A DNA stretch of 63,996 bases, the filler included, from Bonamia ostreae (taxonomy: Eukaryota), in the NCBI GenBank assembly GCA_040357525.1. It is 22 parts of 22 records of this genome, joined end to end, with 100 filler letters (N's around TTAATTAATTAA, not from the genome) between each part and the next. Parts side by side here need not be neighbours in the genome. Positions count along the whole stretch, not along the records: positions 61,489 to 63,996 come from JBDODL010000801.1; 21 more parts are not named here. The stretch is one strand, 5' to 3'. The number at the start of each line of letters is the position of its first letter. Positions within the stretch are counted from its first letter, which is position 1. This document shows positions 63,557 to 63,996 of this stretch, piece after piece. Made by a program: the position numbers and the translations under genes. The notes beneath the pieces are model-generated. The model searched no databases and was not told the DNA's origin. It saw nothing but the letters and a program-made list of their open reading frames with translations.

Positions 63557-63996
63557 TATTAAGCTTAAATTTGGCTAAAATCGATAAAATTTGCAATTGT
63601 TGAAATAGCCAAAAATTCAGAATTTACTAAATTTTTATGTTTTCCTTTGTTTTACGTTTTAGATTTTTAACAATTTCGTTTTTTAGCTTTTTAAGTCTTC
63701 TTTGAAAAACGCTTTCGATTATTCTTTCTTCAAAATTTTTGTTCTATCATTTTCTTTTCCTACATAAACAGAATCCATCCTCTATTTTGCTCCAAACTTT
63801 TTGACCATTTTTGGCTCTACTGTGGGAATGTGATTTAATATTCATACTTGGTTGCACTTAAAAAATGTTGGTAACTAAAATATTCATTTGGATCAACATC
63901 AAAAGTTTTCTGAAACATTTCATTCATCCACCAAAATACAGTTTAAGATCATCGGAAAGTTTTTTAGCACGAAAATGTTTAAATAATCTGAAACGC

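Overview
This window is not one continuous locus. It is 22 short contigs (about 2.80-2.85 kb each, sorted by decreasing length) joined by 100-bp N44-TTAATTAATTAA-N44 spacers that put a stop codon in all six frames, so adjacency across spacers means nothing. About 20 contigs come from a compact, AT-rich, fast-evolving unicellular eukaryote. Its genes are cut by many tiny GT-AG introns (mostly 19-30 nt, usually starting GTT, with A-rich 3' ends) and by a few longer introns inflated by tandem repeats. Removing the introns by hand restores GDP-fucose synthase, RNase H2B, NF-YB, NF-YC, filamin, a PWI/SRRM1 protein, TPI, a Ulp/SENP protease, RPL38, Mpv17, a SMYD SET protein, dyskerin, RFC3, PP2C, G-beta, a patatin lipase, the DHX8 N-terminus, Notchless, beta-adaptin, MSH5 and a probable eIF2B-delta. 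Two contigs (2951-5797, 32322-35149) are gene-poor and look like animal (bivalve-type) DNA. My inference, not provable from this window, is an ascetosporean mollusc parasite (Bonamia-like) with host contamination. The most notable items are the GTT-donor mini-intron system, a paralogous kinase family with a DFD motif, a catalytically dead Deg/HtrA protein, a Whirly-like mitochondrial protein, sushi, collagen and acidic-repeat proteins, Merlin transposon relics, an unnamed dispersed repeat and meiotic MSH5. All gene models were derived manually, without alignment tools.
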